This document shows, in pieces, positions 10,228 to 20,178 of a stretch of 64,000 nt of DNA (position 1 is the stretch's first letter; each line of letters opens with the position of its first letter). Position numbers and translations under genes: made by a program. Origin of the DNA: a virus. Taxonomy: Duplodnaviria; Caudoviricetes. The stretch lies in the IMG/VR virus record IMGVR_UViG_3300033555_000001, positions 32,001 through 96,000 of that record, one strand, 5' to 3'. The notes beneath the pieces are model-generated. The model was not told where the DNA came from and made no database searches. It worked only from the letters and a program-made list of their open reading frames with translations.

Positions 10228-11463
10228 ATGAGCGATGACATAGATGACATGATGGCTGAATTAGACCGCGGCTTTTTAAGAGGGCTGTCGCTAGGTAGGG
10301 CGCCAGGTGGTGGCTTTACCGCTAAGAAGCGGCGCCGAAGAATTAAAGCTGAAGACAAGCGTAGGCAACTAGCCCGCCGGTACAAATCAAAAAAATTACT
10401 TGACCCAATAGAAATGAGGAACCATATGGAAGACGCGCCACTCCGGACCAAAGAAGCTCAAGAGACAAGCGGTGTTATTTTTGGTGCCTACAGTACCGAC
10501 GAGTGGGTATCTAGTACTCACCTGCGCACATCAATTGAAGCTGGTAAAAATACTCTTGCTATGGAAGGCACGTGGGTAACTCCAGCGGGCTGGAAATTGA
10601 GTGAGTGGGTCATGCAAATTAGTGATCGTTATAATTTTGTTTCAATGAACCGAGCGCTTGTCTTTATGCCATGGGGCATGATTGAAGCCAGTGTGAGCCG
10701 CGGCAAATTAGAGCTTGAACTAAACGGCACTCCAGAAAATGTTTTGGCGTTTATCAAAGCGCTGGACGACAGAACTACCACAGCACTAAAGCGAGCTGAG
10801 AATTTAATTGAGTGGGTTTACAGCGCCAGAGGTGATTCTATTTCAGTGCCACTGAACTACCGCCCCGCAATTAATGGTGCCTATCCATGGCTGCCAAAAG
10901 ATCTAGACAGCTATATTGATGACTACCTTAATTCACAGGCCAGCGTACTTATTCTGATTGGCAAGCCTGGAACCGGTAAGACTACATTCATCAAAAACCT
11001 GATTCACCGCAGCGGTGGTGATGCAAAAGTAACCTATGATGAAGCGGTAATGTCCGGTGATTCGTTGTTTGCTGGCTTTATTGAATCAGAAGACCGCTTT
11101 ATGATCATGGAAGATGCTGACATGTTCTTGAAGAGCCGTGAAGATGGGAACAGCATGATGCACCGGTTCTTGAACGTGAGTGACGGCCTGATTTCGGCGC
11201 AGGATAAAAAGCTCGTATTCAGTACGAACCTGCCAAGCGTGCGCGATATTGATTCTGCACTGATGCGACCAGGCCGCTGTTTTGACGTGGTGGAGTTCCG
11301 CCCTCTCACTCGTGTTGAAGCACAAGTAGTAGCCTCTGAAATGTCGGTTGAGCTGCCTGATGGAAATGAGTTCACTCTTGCCGAAATATTTAATGTGCAG
11401 CCAAGTGGTGACGTTAACAGCAACGCCCGCACCGTAAAACGTAAGATTGGGTTTGCCTCATGA
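10228..11463 (+). CDS. AAA+ ATPase
   Basis: GKPGTGKTT, MIMEDAD Walker B, FSTN sensor, SALMRPGRCFD SRH. Confidence 0.85.
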   Translation: MSDDIDDMMAELDRGFLRGLSLGRAPGGGFTAKKRRRRIKAEDKRRQLARRYKSKKLLDPIEMRNHMEDAPLRTKEAQETSGVIFGAYSTDEWVSSTHLRTSIEAGKNTLAMEGTWVTPAGWKLSEWVMQISDRYNFVSMNRALVFMPWGMIEASVSRGKLELELNGTPENVLAFIKALDDRTTTALKRAENLIEWVYSARGDSISVPLNYRPAINGAYPWLPKDLDSYIDDYLNSQASVLILIGKPGTGKTTFIKNLIHRSGGDAKVTYDEAVMSGDSLFAGFIESEDRFMIMEDADMFLKSREDGNSMMHRFLNVSDGLISAQDKKLVFSTNLPSVRDIDSALMRPGRCFDVVEFRPLTRVEAQVVASEMSVELPDGNEFTLAEIFNVQPSGDVNSNARTVKRKIGFAS

Positions 11464-11756
11464 TTATTTCATCGCGCCCTGATGAATCATTTTCAGCGCA
11501 CGCTGATTTTACTCAGGCAGAACTTGAGCTTATGACCGTGCTGTTGTATAATGTAAAGCTCGGCAATGGTTTTACTGAATGGAGAGACGCTGCTTTTACG
11601 CTGATTAACAAATTAGACGATATGGCGTTTTACAAATATCAAAATATGGATTTTGCTGCCGATGCGGTTGCAAAGATAAACATGGAGATTCACTTGCTTG
11701 ATTCCCGTGGTCGTGCTGCAGGAATCTTAAATGAAGATTACGAAATAGTCGTTTAA
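11460..11756 (+). CDS. Hypothetical protein
   Basis: ATGA-coupled ORF within the operon. Confidence 0.6.
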   Translation: MIISSRPDESFSAHADFTQAELELMTVLLYNVKLGNGFTEWRDAAFTLINKLDDMAFYKYQNMDFAADAVAKINMEIHLLDSRGRAAGILNEDYEIVV

Positions 11757-11765
11757 GGAGCTAGT

Positions 11766-12299
11766 GTGGTTAAAAATTTAATGATTGAGGGGCTTGATCG
11801 TCTCGGTAAAGATACGCTTATTGAGGGCATTCAAAGTCTATTAGGTTACCATCAGGTACTGCATTACTCAAAGCCAATGGCTCTCAAGAAGTATCTTAAT
11901 GACCTGCAAATGTATCAACGAGTCTCGTTTACCGTGATGTTTGATTTGCTAAACAGTTATCACCGGATAATTTGTAATCGAGCGCACTTGGGCGAGTGCG
12001 TATATGCTCCTCTGTACCGAGGGTACGACGGAAACTACGTGTTTGACATTGAGGACAAGTTTGACACTAGCAATACTCGGCTAATTTTGCTGACCGAAGA
12101 TTTTAAAATTGCTCGACACTTTGTTGACGACGGCCTGTCACTTGGCGCAATTGAGAATCGCGAGCGCGAGCAAAATATGTTTATTGAGGCATTTGAAAAA
12201 TCAACCATTGAAGATAAGAGAATTATCTGTGTTACTGACGAGAAGCTGGGCGGTTTTAAACCAAAGCACAGGGTGCTTGAACTAGCGCTTGCCGCATGA
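11766..12299 (+). CDS. Thymidylate-kinase-like dNMP kinase
   Basis: IEGLDRLGKDT P-loop and NRAHLGECVYAPLYRGY (DR-like motif); AGGAG RBS. Confidence 0.7.
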   Translation: MVKNLMIEGLDRLGKDTLIEGIQSLLGYHQVLHYSKPMALKKYLNDLQMYQRVSFTVMFDLLNSYHRIICNRAHLGECVYAPLYRGYDGNYVFDIEDKFDTSNTRLILLTEDFKIARHFVDDGLSLGAIENREREQNMFIEAFEKSTIEDKRIICVTDEKLGGFKPKHRVLELALAA

Positions 12300-12934
12300 G
12301 ACTGGTCCTGACGAGTGATACTCATTCACCCGTCAGGCCAGGTGACATTCCAGATGGTGACGTATTTGTACATGCTGGCGATTTGCTGCGCACCGGTTAT
12401 GTTACTGAATGGCCCGCTGCGCTGGACTGGTTAGCCGCACTTCCTCATAAGATTAAACTGTTTGTGCCTGGCAATCATGACTTTCACCTTCAAGTCTATC
12501 CTGGCCCAGCGCTGCAGGATTTACGGCGAGCAGGTGTGGTTGTGGTTGGCTTGCCAAATAACCCTCATTATGAAACTTACTTGTTGCCTAACAAGATGTC
12601 GTTACTAGGCCTGCCGTACGTGACCGGACTTCCACGGTGGGCTTTTAACACTACGGAAGTAGAGCTCTGTGCATACCTTAAACGGGTTGGCAGGCATGAC
12701 GTAGTCATCAGTCACGCGCCGGTATATGGAATATTAGATCAGGTTAGTACTGTTAACTCCGGCATCACTGCGTACCGATCATATCTCCTTGAACACACAC
12801 CACTGTTGTGGGTGCACGGCCATATTCACGAGTGCTATGGATCTGCGCTTGTTGAGGGCTGCCAATTTTATAATGTTGCCATGTGCAACAGAAAGTATGA
12901 ACATGCTAATGCACCAGTAATTGTAGATCTCTAA
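12296..12934 (+). CDS. Calcineurin-like metallophosphoesterase
   Basis: SDTH, HAGD, GNHD, SHAP, HGHIHE motifs. Confidence 0.9.
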   Translation: MRLVLTSDTHSPVRPGDIPDGDVFVHAGDLLRTGYVTEWPAALDWLAALPHKIKLFVPGNHDFHLQVYPGPALQDLRRAGVVVVGLPNNPHYETYLLPNKMSLLGLPYVTGLPRWAFNTTEVELCAYLKRVGRHDVVISHAPVYGILDQVSTVNSGITAYRSYLLEHTPLLWVHGHIHECYGSALVEGCQFYNVAMCNRKYEHANAPVIVDL

Positions 12935-13066
12935 TCGGTCAGAGATTTGTTACGTGTGATCCCATAAATTGTGAACTATTCTTTTGTTGCTGACAGTATA
13001 ATGGTGTTGACATTGTAAATTGTTAAAAAATGTAACATTTAATTATAAAAAGAAAAGGGAGTCACA

Positions 13067-13267
13067 ATGAGTACCGAACACCCAGCTTTTCAGATCTCGG
13101 CAGCACAAATTATAGCAAACAGATATTACGCACTTCTTGCCGTGCACGGACCAGCCATTGCGCTATTGCTGCAGTGCAAAGAGGCGCACATTGGCATCTT
13201 GCTAGACCAGCTAGCAGCTCAGAAAAACTGTGAACATTCCTGTATAAACAACAAAGACCATCAATAA
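13067..13267 (+). CDS. Hypothetical protein
   Basis: GGGAG RBS, downstream of TATAAT at 12997-13002. Confidence 0.5.
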   Translation: MSTEHPAFQISAAQIIANRYYALLAVHGPAIALLLQCKEAHIGILLDQLAAQKNCEHSCINNKDHQ

Positions 13268-13314
13268 ACGCACCTTGCCCTGCCGATAACAAGTGGTTAA
13301 TTAAAAATAATAAT

Positions 13315-13572
13315 ATGGGAAAGATCATGCGACAATTTAGAAGAATCACTGATTTAATCAGGACTAATTTATTTCGTTTAGCTGGTTCATCCATTGGCGG
13401 CTGTACATACCTGGTACGGGCCAACCCCTGCTCATGCACGCAAAAGGCGTGTATCTGTAACCCATGGCATATTCTAACTCCTGAAAAAGACGTTCTTGTT
13501 ACGTGCATGGACAAAAAAGACGCTGAAGAAATCGCAGAAACAATGAACCTGAAACGGCGCAAAAACGATTGA
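13315..13572 (+). CDS. Small Cys-containing hypothetical protein
   Basis: ORF in the + strand gene run. Confidence 0.45.
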   Translation: MGKIMRQFRRITDLIRTNLFRLAGSSIGGCTYLVRANPCSCTQKACICNPWHILTPEKDVLVTCMDKKDAEEIAETMNLKRRKND

Positions 13573-13651
13573 TCTACCCAGGATTGGTCCGACCGGTATT
13601 TTTAACCGGTGTATGATCTCTCTATCAGAAAATATTTAAGCAAGGAATACA

Positions 13652-14803
13652 ATGAAGATTGCCGTTATTAAACTTGGTGCCAGAATTACTTGGGAAACAG
13701 ACGCAGCGGTCGGGCCGGGCGAGGCAATCTCCATCTGTAAAGCTCTTACACTGGGTGGTGCAGAAGTTCACGTGTTTACTAAGCTCCTGACAAAAGACAC
13801 GCTTGACCCAAGTTTAGTGTGGCACAACTTGCTAGATGATACCGACACTGGCGCACTTGATGCTCTACTCATAATTAACGGCAATGTTAATTTTTTTGGA
13901 GGCCAAGAAGACGAGGCGCAAATTCTAAACTACAAAATTATCAATCAGTTCGCTGGTACTGTAGTGTACGTGATGTGCGACCCCGAACTGCCGCTGTGTC
14001 AGATCTGGGACAGCGTAAGTAAAAAGCCGTGGGGCTCAAAGTACAATGAAGCCGATGTTAACATTACGCGTTTAGATATTAACGTGCTGTCACAACCCTT
14101 TTCGGTACCCAAGGTGCTGGGTCGCTGGACAAATAAAAAGGGTACTGCACCCGTTGCCCGGCTGTTTCACTTTCCAATGGAGAGATTTCCACTGTTGAAC
14201 GAGTGGTTAGATCCTAAGCCAGCACCAGAGATTGATCTGCTATATGGTGGTACTACGCGCGGTGGGCGCCGAGTTCCTAATTTGTTTAAGTGGTACTACG
14301 GCATGCCAGAGTCTATCAAAACCGAAATTTTTGGTTCTATTGATCATGATGATTTTGTAAAGCATACGAAAATTAATCAGGATTTGCTGGCAAGTACTCG
14401 TGCACCAGATTTTACTGGCATGGTGAAATACCGGCATGTGCTGCCAAAAATGAATAATTCACTGGCTCACCTGGTAACCGGCGATCCGTCCTATGAAGAA
14501 CTAGACATAATTCCACAGCGCACGTATGAGTGCATTGCTGCGGGTAACGTGGTTTTTGTTGATGCGGCAATGGACATCAGCCGGCGAATTTACCCTGCTG
14601 GCGACGAAATGGCAGAATTTTTATATGTTAACACGCGGGCTGAGCTGATTGATAGAATTACAGCATTAAAAGAAGACAGCTCTGTACGGCAGTACGTATT
14701 AGATTATCAAAAAAGTGCTACAAATTTTAACGCCGTAAATTTCTGCACATCACTAGTGCAGAAAATAAAATCACTAGAAACTTATCCCTGGTGCCGAAAA
14801 TAA
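13652..14803 (+). CDS. bgt: DNA beta-glycosyltransferase (T4 Bgt homologue)
   Basis: Colinear with T4 Bgt: MKIAVIKLG, INGNVNFFGG, CDPELP (D100), YGGTTRGGRR (R191/R195), GDPSY, QRTYE (R269/E272), YVNTRAELIDRITALK. Confidence 0.85.
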   Translation: MKIAVIKLGARITWETDAAVGPGEAISICKALTLGGAEVHVFTKLLTKDTLDPSLVWHNLLDDTDTGALDALLIINGNVNFFGGQEDEAQILNYKIINQFAGTVVYVMCDPELPLCQIWDSVSKKPWGSKYNEADVNITRLDINVLSQPFSVPKVLGRWTNKKGTAPVARLFHFPMERFPLLNEWLDPKPAPEIDLLYGGTTRGGRRVPNLFKWYYGMPESIKTEIFGSIDHDDFVKHTKINQDLLASTRAPDFTGMVKYRHVLPKMNNSLAHLVTGDPSYEELDIIPQRTYECIAAGNVVFVDAAMDISRRIYPAGDEMAEFLYVNTRAELIDRITALKEDSSVRQYVLDYQKSATNFNAVNFCTSLVQKIKSLETYPWCRK

Positions 14804-14822
14804 AATTACTAGGAACCACAAA

Positions 14823-14981
14823 ATGAATAGCCTGGACGGTTGGTTTGCATTTGCACTTTTACTACTTGTTTTTGTTTGCTATTTTTCGCTAAGCGGTCTA
14901 ATGATACCGCACGCTGGGCTGATCACACTTGGCTATGCTGTAGTAATGGCAGTGCTCACATTTGCTAAGCATAAAAAATAA
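14823..14981 (+). CDS. Small membrane protein (52 aa)
   Basis: MNSLDGWFAFALLLLVFVC... with two hydrophobic segments; read by hand. Confidence 0.5.
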   Translation: MNSLDGWFAFALLLLVFVCYFSLSGLMIPHAGLITLGYAVVMAVLTFAKHKK

Positions 14982-14990
14982 CGGCACACA

Positions 14991-15470
14991 ATGAGCACCA
15001 TGTTTACACGGCTGTCTGAAAGCGACCAAGCCGCGCTTCATCAGCGCGTGCTGTATCGACAAATTAAATTTTTAAATCCGGTGATGCGCTGTGATCGACA
15101 AATTTTGCTTGTTGGTGATCGTCCGGCGCCGGATGCACCGCTTGATCCTGATTTTCACTTTACCCCATTTGGCGCACTGCGACATTCCTCGCTGTACTTG
15201 AATTTAAAACTTCACAGCGCAGGCATTCAAGAGGAGCGTCTCTCCTGGGTAAATTCGCGGGATGCCTGGGGAGAATATAGTTCGCACAGCGTGTTGCTCC
15301 AGCCTTGGATCTTGATCATAGCGCTGGGTGGCGCTGCAGAGCAGTGGCTCAAGCGGTCGGTTTGCCGCAGTCCAATTATCCGAGTTCCTCACCCAGCCGC
15401 GTGGAAACGGTTTCACGCCTCAGAAGAGTACCAGTTAATCCCGGAGCTTGTCAGAGCTCTTGGTGTCTGA
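14991..15470 (+). CDS. Uracil-DNA-glycosylase-superfamily protein (small, family-4-like)
   Basis: ILLVGDRP motif A, PF...SS, WVNS, IIALG, PHPA motif B. Confidence 0.65.
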   Translation: MSTMFTRLSESDQAALHQRVLYRQIKFLNPVMRCDRQILLVGDRPAPDAPLDPDFHFTPFGALRHSSLYLNLKLHSAGIQEERLSWVNSRDAWGEYSSHSVLLQPWILIIALGGAAEQWLKRSVCRSPIIRVPHPAAWKRFHASEEYQLIPELVRALGV

Positions 15471-15517
15471 ACCCTATTTCAGGATTCGTACGAACTTAAA
15501 AAGTTTAGAATATAAAA

Positions 15518-15688
15518 ATGAAAAAGCTAAAGTTAATTCTGTTTTGGGTAACGTTTCCAATCGCGGTACCAGTTATGTACGCGGTCGGCGTTTTTGCGGA
15601 CCTGGTAGGTACTAGGGCTCAGGACGCGGCAGAGATTTTCTTTGAGCATATGTCTGATTTTGAAGAATGGTGTTTTGATAAAGAATAA
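15518..15688 (+). CDS. Small membrane protein (56 aa)
   Basis: MKKLKLILFWVTFPIAVPVMYAVG...; read by hand. Confidence 0.45.
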   Translation: MKKLKLILFWVTFPIAVPVMYAVGVFADLVGTRAQDAAEIFFEHMSDFEEWCFDKE

Positions 15689-15722
15689 CTGCGCACTAAG
15701 TTAGCACAACACGAGAAAGATT

Positions 15723-16388
15723 ATGCTTAAATTTGATCACCCAACGCTTGTAACCTTAACCGCCCCAACGTGTGCAGGAAAGAATTTTTTACTTGACGCT
15801 CTCGCGGAAAATTTTGGTTTTTCGAGAATCGTCAGCACCACTGATCGTGCAGCTCGCATGGGCGAGATTGAAGGCGTGCACTACAATTTTATCAGCACTG
15901 AAAAATCTCTAGCAATGGAGAGAGATAATTTGTTTGCAGAACTTGTTACGTACAACGGCACGCGGTACGGAGTGACCCATGTAGAGATGGCAAATAAAGT
16001 ACAGGCTGGTTTACCGCCGCCAATTGTAATTCTCGAGCCACAGGGGCTGCAGATTTATAAGAAGTACTGCATGCAGCAAGGTTGGCAACTCTTCAGCGCG
16101 TTTATCAATACGCCTGAAAAGATCCGGCTCAGTAGATTAGTTCAACGAACAACAGATGATATTTGTACTGCAGTAGACAGCCTAGAATCAGATATTCTGG
16201 CCGCATCTATTGCTAAAATAATTGCCGTGAACAACGCGCGGCTGACGTCAGTAATTGAGAATGAACGGATGTGGTTGCACGCAAGCGACTGGCACGCAAT
16301 TGTTTCCGGTACTGACATTAAAGAGGCACTAAACACAGTGCAATTAGGTGTTGCAAATCGTAAGCTTAAAAACGGCGTATATCAATAA
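15723..16388 (+). CDS. Guanylate-kinase-like NMP kinase
   Basis: TAPTCAGKN P-loop; VSTTDRAARMGEIEGVHYNFIS and YNGTRYG GK signature. Confidence 0.85.
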   Translation: MLKFDHPTLVTLTAPTCAGKNFLLDALAENFGFSRIVSTTDRAARMGEIEGVHYNFISTEKSLAMERDNLFAELVTYNGTRYGVTHVEMANKVQAGLPPPIVILEPQGLQIYKKYCMQQGWQLFSAFINTPEKIRLSRLVQRTTDDICTAVDSLESDILAASIAKIIAVNNARLTSVIENERMWLHASDWHAIVSGTDIKEALNTVQLGVANRKLKNGVYQ

Positions 16389-16408
16389 CTTTACTAATAG
16401 GAAATAAA

Positions 16409-16693
16409 ATGACAAACTCAACTACAATCATCAGCGCAATTGAATCAAACGAAGCTCAAGAACTGTACGCAACTGGTCTGAAATTAACATCAACAGATCG
16501 GCAGCTACAAAACGGCACAATCTCGCTGATTGGCACCGTTAACAAGCAAAGTGTTAAGTACCTGATTACTGCATCAGGTAAAGTGTTCAGCAATGGTTTT
16601 CTCGTGCGTACCGTGCGTGGTGCATACCCACTACAGCAGTACCGCGCTGGACTAAAGGCCGCTGCACAATTGCTCTCTAATCGCACTGCATAA
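16409..16693 (+). CDS. Hypothetical protein
   Basis: AGGA RBS, intact ORF. Confidence 0.6.
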   Translation: MTNSTTIISAIESNEAQELYATGLKLTSTDRQLQNGTISLIGTVNKQSVKYLITASGKVFSNGFLVRTVRGAYPLQQYRAGLKAAAQLLSNRTA

Positions 16694-16863
16694 TGACCCA
16701 ACGGGTTCATCCAACGCCTCCTAGCAACAGGGAAGTTTGCGACAGTTGCGGGCCGGTGAAGAATGGAGCACACAAGTGGTGGTGCAATGCCATCTCAATT
16801 GCTGTTCCTCCAGCAATTGTACTCACAGTAATAGTGCTTGTATTGCTGATTGAGTACTATTAA
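16693..16863 (+). CDS. Small membrane protein (56 aa)
   Basis: TAATG-coupled; CDSC motif and C-terminal hydrophobic helix; read by hand. Confidence 0.45.
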   Translation: MTQRVHPTPPSNREVCDSCGPVKNGAHKWWCNAISIAVPPAIVLTVIVLVLLIEYY

Positions 16864-16901
16864 CCTGAATTCTCAGGTGTTGCGCAGTACAAGCAGAAAT
16901 A

Positions 16902-16931
16902 GGAAAGAGCCCTCAATTGAGGGCTCTTTCC
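16902..16931. terminator. Bidirectional intrinsic terminator
   Basis: Perfect palindrome GGAAAGAGCCCTCAA-TTGAGGGCTCTTTCC between convergent genes. Confidence 0.8.
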
Positions 16932-17007
16932 ACATCCTTGATAATTTCCTCTTATCAAGTTGGAGCGGATTGTAACAACTGTTACCTGCGCAGGAACAGA
17001 TAAGGAA

Positions 17008-17556
17008 TTACTGCAAATTATTAAATGATTGTGTTTGCACAGCTTGAACAGTCGTGATGTTGTTAAGCGTTGTCCACGCAGTGCCGTCAGACGAATACTG
17101 AAATGCATATGATTTAGCATGATACCCACTGCTGGCATCAAAAGCAAACATTTGTACAGAACTTATTGCTTTAGTTATTCCAGCACCAAAGTTTATTCCC
17201 CAGTGAACAACCAAGTTACTTCCCTCAGCACCTACATTTTGCCAATAAGTTGACACGTCTTCGTCAGCTGCCTTAGATGTGTCAAATGTCCCACCTAAAG
17301 TCTGATTAGATATAGCAATGCCACCTGTTGATAAGTTTGGCCCAGAACAATCAATGCTTTCATAGAATCTGTATTCGCGAACAGCATGAAAATATGGTGC
17401 GGTGCCGTACGGATCTATCCAGCTTGTGTTTGTTGCGAGCAATCGCCAGTACTGATAAGAAGCCTTGGTGTTGATAACACTAGCTATAACACTAGCCTTG
17501 CTAAATTTACCAAGCCCGCCCAATAAACCGTTTGATAGTGTGCTAATAATCGGCAT
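17008..17556 (-). CDS. Discoidin/F5-8 type C (galactose-binding-like) virion accessory protein
   Basis: YWRLLAT, KAADEDVSTYW, FQYSSDGTAWTT; follows a fibre gene. Confidence 0.65.
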   Translation of the reverse strand: MPIISTLSNGLLGGLGKFSKASVIASVINTKASYQYWRLLATNTSWIDPYGTAPYFHAVREYRFYESIDCSGPNLSTGGIAISNQTLGGTFDTSKAADEDVSTYWQNVGAEGSNLVVHWGINFGAGITKAISSVQMFAFDASSGYHAKSYAFQYSSDGTAWTTLNNITTVQAVQTQSFNNLQ

Positions 17557-17570
17557 ATAATTTTCCTATT

Positions 17571-19877
17571 TTAAGCAAACTTGGTAGCAGTTGCCAAGAC
17601 CGTGTATGTTGAAGCTGCCGTCTTGATAACTGTTAATGAGTACGAATCAATTGCATTCACTGAACCAGCTGTTGGTGCCGTTCCATTCCATTTTGGCGTT
17701 ACTACAGTACCATCAATTGTAAAGACGGTTGGATAAAACGCAGTAGCGCCGTTTGTGACTAGCACCGCGATCGACGCTGACTGGCCAATTGCCATGGTGT
17801 TATTCAGAGTAGCTGTGCTGCTGCCACGGATGTTCAGCGTGAAGTTAGCAGTTGCAGCAACTGTAAAGTTCCAAACAGCGGCAGTGTTTAGATCAATTTG
17901 TGTTGTTGCTGTTGGCGCGGTAGCTGTGGTGTTTACTTTCTCCAACATTGCTTGAACACTGGTATTACCAGTAAGTGTTGCACCAGTAAGTGTTGCACCA
18001 GTAAGTGTTGCACCAGTTGATGAAACATAACCCTGAGCTTTTACAAACGCGGTTGTTGCAAGTTTTGTTGATGAGTCTGCAGTAGCTGGTGTTACCGATG
18101 TTGGACTAATCTTAAAATCTAGAATCTTAGAAGCACGGTTAATGCTATAAACTATAGTTTGAGTGCCTGTATCACCTTGAGCAACCATGTTAAAATTTGA
18201 ACCACCATCACTTCCAGACTCAGCTGTGTTATCAGCGTGCATATTCCAACGACCGCTGGCGCCACTTGTCCAATACAGTGTTCTGAACGAACCAGCAGGA
18301 CTGCTTATGAGGAGATTATTGGTGGTTGCGGTAATTGTGCCGACGTTATCAATACGGAAGCGTTCCGTATTAGCTGTCTTCATGTAAACAAAACCCGGTA
18401 TTCCACTGCCGCCAGCACCACCAGCAAGTGTTATATCGCCGCCGCCAGCCGCCCCAGTATTGTTGTTACCACCACGAACAATTACGCTACCAGCTCTCTG
18501 TTGTGCTGAATCAGCACCACGCACTGTTAATAGTCCAGCTGCATTGGCTGTAGACACGTCACCAGCATTAACTGTTAAGTCCCTTTGTTGATCTGATCTA
18601 AAACTAGCGGTAGCAGTACTGATCGTTATGGAGGTGGGAGTTATAGTTATTTTATCTGCCGCAACTGTTGGGTTGGTAAGAGTTAAAGCACTACTTGCCG
18701 CATATGTAAAGTTTGACGACGCGCCAAAAGCCCCTGCATTGTTATATTGGATTTGTGTATCAGCACCCGCAACAGTACCACCAACACCATACCCTTGTGC
18801 TTTAACGAATGCAGTAGTTGCTAACGCCGTAGAGCTATCAGCGGTTGCTGCGGTTGGGGCTGTCGGTGTACCGGTAAGGGCAGGTGATACTGCATGCACG
18901 CCGGAACCGGTACCAGTTGACGTAGTTGTTCCTGTACCACCTTGCAGCACTGATAGCGCTGTTGTTAAACCAGTAAGCGATGTGATGTTAGAGTTTGCGC
19001 CTGATGTAGCAACGCCACCGACGTCGGCCGCGACCAGAACAACAGCTCCTGTTTTGCCAGCTACGGATGTCACAGATCCAGCAGTTGTAACATACCCTTG
19101 GGCTTTAACAAATGCCGTGGTTGCGAGTTGAGTAGAATCTGTAGCCGGGGCTGCCGTTGGAGCTGTTGGAGTACCAGTAAAGGCAGGTGAAGCAAGTGCA
19201 GCAACTCCACTGACGTCCGCTACAGTAAGTACAATTGCGCCCATCCTACCAGCAACACTTGATACTTCGCTTTGTGAACCGTCAATTCCGTCCCAGGCGG
19301 TGCCGTTGAACAGAACCAAATCGCCAACATTAAAACTAACTAGCCCATTCAACGAGGAAAAGAAAGTAAATGTTTGAGTTGGGTTAGTGAACGTTGCTTG
19401 ATCAATTGTTAGAGATGTGCCACTTACTATAGTGACGGTTGCTGTGCCAATGATGTTCCCACCAGTAACACTTTGACCTACTGTAATTCCAGTAGAGCTG
19501 ATCAGTATCGTAAGGCCGCTGTTACTTTCCGTTGGTGATCTTACGGTTGTAGTACCTGGTAACAATCCAGCTGTTGATACTTTGTAGTATTCACCTTTTA
19601 CGCCAACACTAGAAACAAGAGCGGGAGTGTTTGTAACAGGATTCCAAGTACCCTTAAAATCAAGGCCACCAGCTACACCTGCAATAGCCGCATCAACGTA
19701 AACTGAGTCTGGCTGTCGAAGCCACGCAGCGCCTGAGTAAACGTGCAGCCCTAGTCCAGCGTCTGTTCTAAAAAAAAGTTCGCCAGTGCTTGGATTAAGT
19801 GGAAATGTGGTTCCCTGAGCAAGTGTCAGGTTTTGAAAAGTAGAGCCCTCAATAAGGGTAAGGCCATCGGTCAACAT
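17571..19877 (-). CDS. Virion fibre protein
   Basis: Three ...TAFVKAQGY fibre repeats (SPAFTGTPTAPT...ATTAFVKAQGY), VSSVAGRMG/VTSVAGKTG motifs, beta-sandwich C-terminus; TAAATA at 19905-19910. Confidence 0.8.
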   Translation of the reverse strand: MLTDGLTLIEGSTFQNLTLAQGTTFPLNPSTGELFFRTDAGLGLHVYSGAAWLRQPDSVYVDAAIAGVAGGLDFKGTWNPVTNTPALVSSVGVKGEYYKVSTAGLLPGTTTVRSPTESNSGLTILISSTGITVGQSVTGGNIIGTATVTIVSGTSLTIDQATFTNPTQTFTFFSSLNGLVSFNVGDLVLFNGTAWDGIDGSQSEVSSVAGRMGAIVLTVADVSGVAALASPAFTGTPTAPTAAPATDSTQLATTAFVKAQGYVTTAGSVTSVAGKTGAVVLVAADVGGVATSGANSNITSLTGLTTALSVLQGGTGTTTSTGTGSGVHAVSPALTGTPTAPTAATADSSTALATTAFVKAQGYGVGGTVAGADTQIQYNNAGAFGASSNFTYAASSALTLTNPTVAADKITITPTSITISTATASFRSDQQRDLTVNAGDVSTANAAGLLTVRGADSAQQRAGSVIVRGGNNNTGAAGGGDITLAGGAGGSGIPGFVYMKTANTERFRIDNVGTITATTNNLLISSPAGSFRTLYWTSGASGRWNMHADNTAESGSDGGSNFNMVAQGDTGTQTIVYSINRASKILDFKISPTSVTPATADSSTKLATTAFVKAQGYVSSTGATLTGATLTGATLTGNTSVQAMLEKVNTTATAPTATTQIDLNTAAVWNFTVAATANFTLNIRGSSTATLNNTMAIGQSASIAVLVTNGATAFYPTVFTIDGTVVTPKWNGTAPTAGSVNAIDSYSLTVIKTAASTYTVLATATKFA
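17967..18011. repeat. 15-bp tandem repeat x3 encoding GATLT
   Basis: ACCAGTAAGTGTTGC repeated three times in frame. Confidence 0.9.
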
Positions 19878-20022
19878 AAAAGCAATCTCCTAGAGTAGAT
19901 CGTGTATTTAGTCTTAACCTGAATTATCAGGTGTCAAACCGCCTCACGCCAGAGATAGAATGAATCTTACTTTGGTGTGAGGCAAACATGAAAAATTCCC
20001 TGTACAGAATAGAGAGCTCAAC

Positions 20023-20178
20023 ATGAGGCTCTGGATGTGGCAGCTGCTGATTTGCCTGTTTTTGCTGGCGTGGACGGCCGTTGGGATTTGGGACTGGAGC
20101 CTGTGCGTTGAGAGCGGCGGTGATTCTCTTGCGTGCACGTTCAGGTATCCTGTTTCTCAGCTGTATCTACTGCAGTAA
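20023..20178 (+). CDS. Small membrane protein (51 aa)
   Basis: MRLWMWQLLICLFLLAWTAVG...; read by hand. Confidence 0.45.
   Translation: MRLWMWQLLICLFLLAWTAVGIWDWSLCVESGGDSLACTFRYPVSQLYLLQ

Noticed and set aside
19940-19983. Hairpin GCCTCACGCC...GGTGTGAGGC upstream of a small ORF
   Set aside because: Single occurrence with no riboswitch or terminator features that I can support.
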